A DNA stretch of 64,000 nucleotides from Nitrospirota bacterium. GTDB lineage: Bacteria; Nitrospirota; UBA9217. The notes beneath the pieces were generated by a model. That model saw nothing but the letters and a program-made list of their open reading frames with translations, ran no database searches and was not told the DNA's origin. Shown piece after piece: positions 63,432 to 64,000 of this stretch; within the stretch, counting starts at the first letter, position 1; every line of letters starts with the position of its first letter. The stretch is from positions 32,001 through 96,000 of the forward strand of contig CAWBNQ010000014.1 of assembly GCA_963790205.1 (NCBI GenBank), written 5' to 3'. The translations under genes were made by a program, and so were the position numbers.

Positions 63432-64000
63432 ATGGAAACGTTCAAAGAACAGATGCAGGGCGACATGGTGCTTCGAGGATTAGCCCCGAAGACGCAATCA
63501 TTGTATCACCGGGCGGCGCGCGATATGGAACGCCATTTTAAAAAACCGCCCGACCTTTTGGAAGACGGCGATGTCAAAGCGTATCTGCTTTACCTCGTCC
63601 GGGATAAGAAGGTATCGCTATCCACCCTGAAGATAACTTACAGCGCGCTGCGGTTCCTCTATGAAACGACGCTGGGCAAAGGTTGGGTGATGGACAAGAT
63701 TCCCTATCCGAAGACGACCAAGACACTTCCTATCGTTCTCGAACGGGAGGAGGTACAGGCCATGTTCGAAGCCACTCCCAGCCTGAAGCAGCGCGTGATG
63801 CTGATGGTGACCTACTCGGCAGGGCTCCGGGCGAGCGAGACCGCCCGGCTCAAGATCACGGACATCGACAGCAGCCGTATGCTGATACGCGTGGACCAGG
63901 GCAAAGGCAAAAAAGACCGGTATACCCTTTTATCCCAGGTAGCGCTGGAAGCGCTTCGGGAATACTGGAAAGAATATAGACCGACGCATTGGCTCTTTCC
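63432..64000 (+). CDS. Tyrosine recombinase with N-terminal SAM-like domain (partial; type often paired with IS91-family transposases)
   Basis: Not in the ORF track because it has no stop in the window. My translation: METFKEQMQGDMVLRGLAPKTQSLY...LPIVLEREEV...YSAGLRASE...IRVDQGKGKKDRY...YRPTHWLF; SD GGAAGGAG. Confidence 0.88.
   Translation, partial: METFKEQMQGDMVLRGLAPKTQSLYHRAARDMERHFKKPPDLLEDGDVKAYLLYLVRDKKVSLSTLKITYSALRFLYETTLGKGWVMDKIPYPKTTKTLPIVLEREEVQAMFEATPSLKQRVMLMVTYSAGLRASETARLKITDIDSSRMLIRVDQGKGKKDRYTLLSQVALEALREYWKEYRPTHWLF

Overview
A 64 kb GC-rich bacterial chromosomal segment, almost entirely minus-strand. It comes from a sulfate/sulfite-respiring organism, most likely Nitrospirota or Desulfobacterota-like; this is inferred from gene order and protein style, not from a search. 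The centre (about 19.7-33.2 kb) is a reductive-type dissimilatory sulfite reductase locus: dsrA(frameshifted)-dsrB-dsrD-dsrN-hyp-dsrC-fdx-dsrH/E/F-like-dsrT-dsrMKJOP, followed by a second near-identical ferredoxin. Flanking housekeeping genes include xseA, ymdB, rny, rarA, 6S RNA, zapA, ftsY, iscRSU-tusA, coaD, rsmD, nfeD-slipin, cysE, ispDF, mglA, uvrBC, folA, pepA and rlpA. There is also an acs-actP-DUF485-exonuclease-CBS/DUF294 cluster, a heme-sensing kinase and, at the right edge, a tyrosine recombinase. Signals missed by the ORF track: (1) a secreted UxxC DsbA-like selenoprotein with a well-placed SECIS-like hairpin, heading a peroxidase/FdhE-like cluster; (2) a four-helix-bundle gene enclosed by complementary heptamer arrays, plus about 15 similar 'empty' inverted 7-9-mer arrays at gene junctions; (3) repeated leaderless-promoter geometry; (4) single-base insertions in dsrA and the CBS gene that look like sequencing errors.
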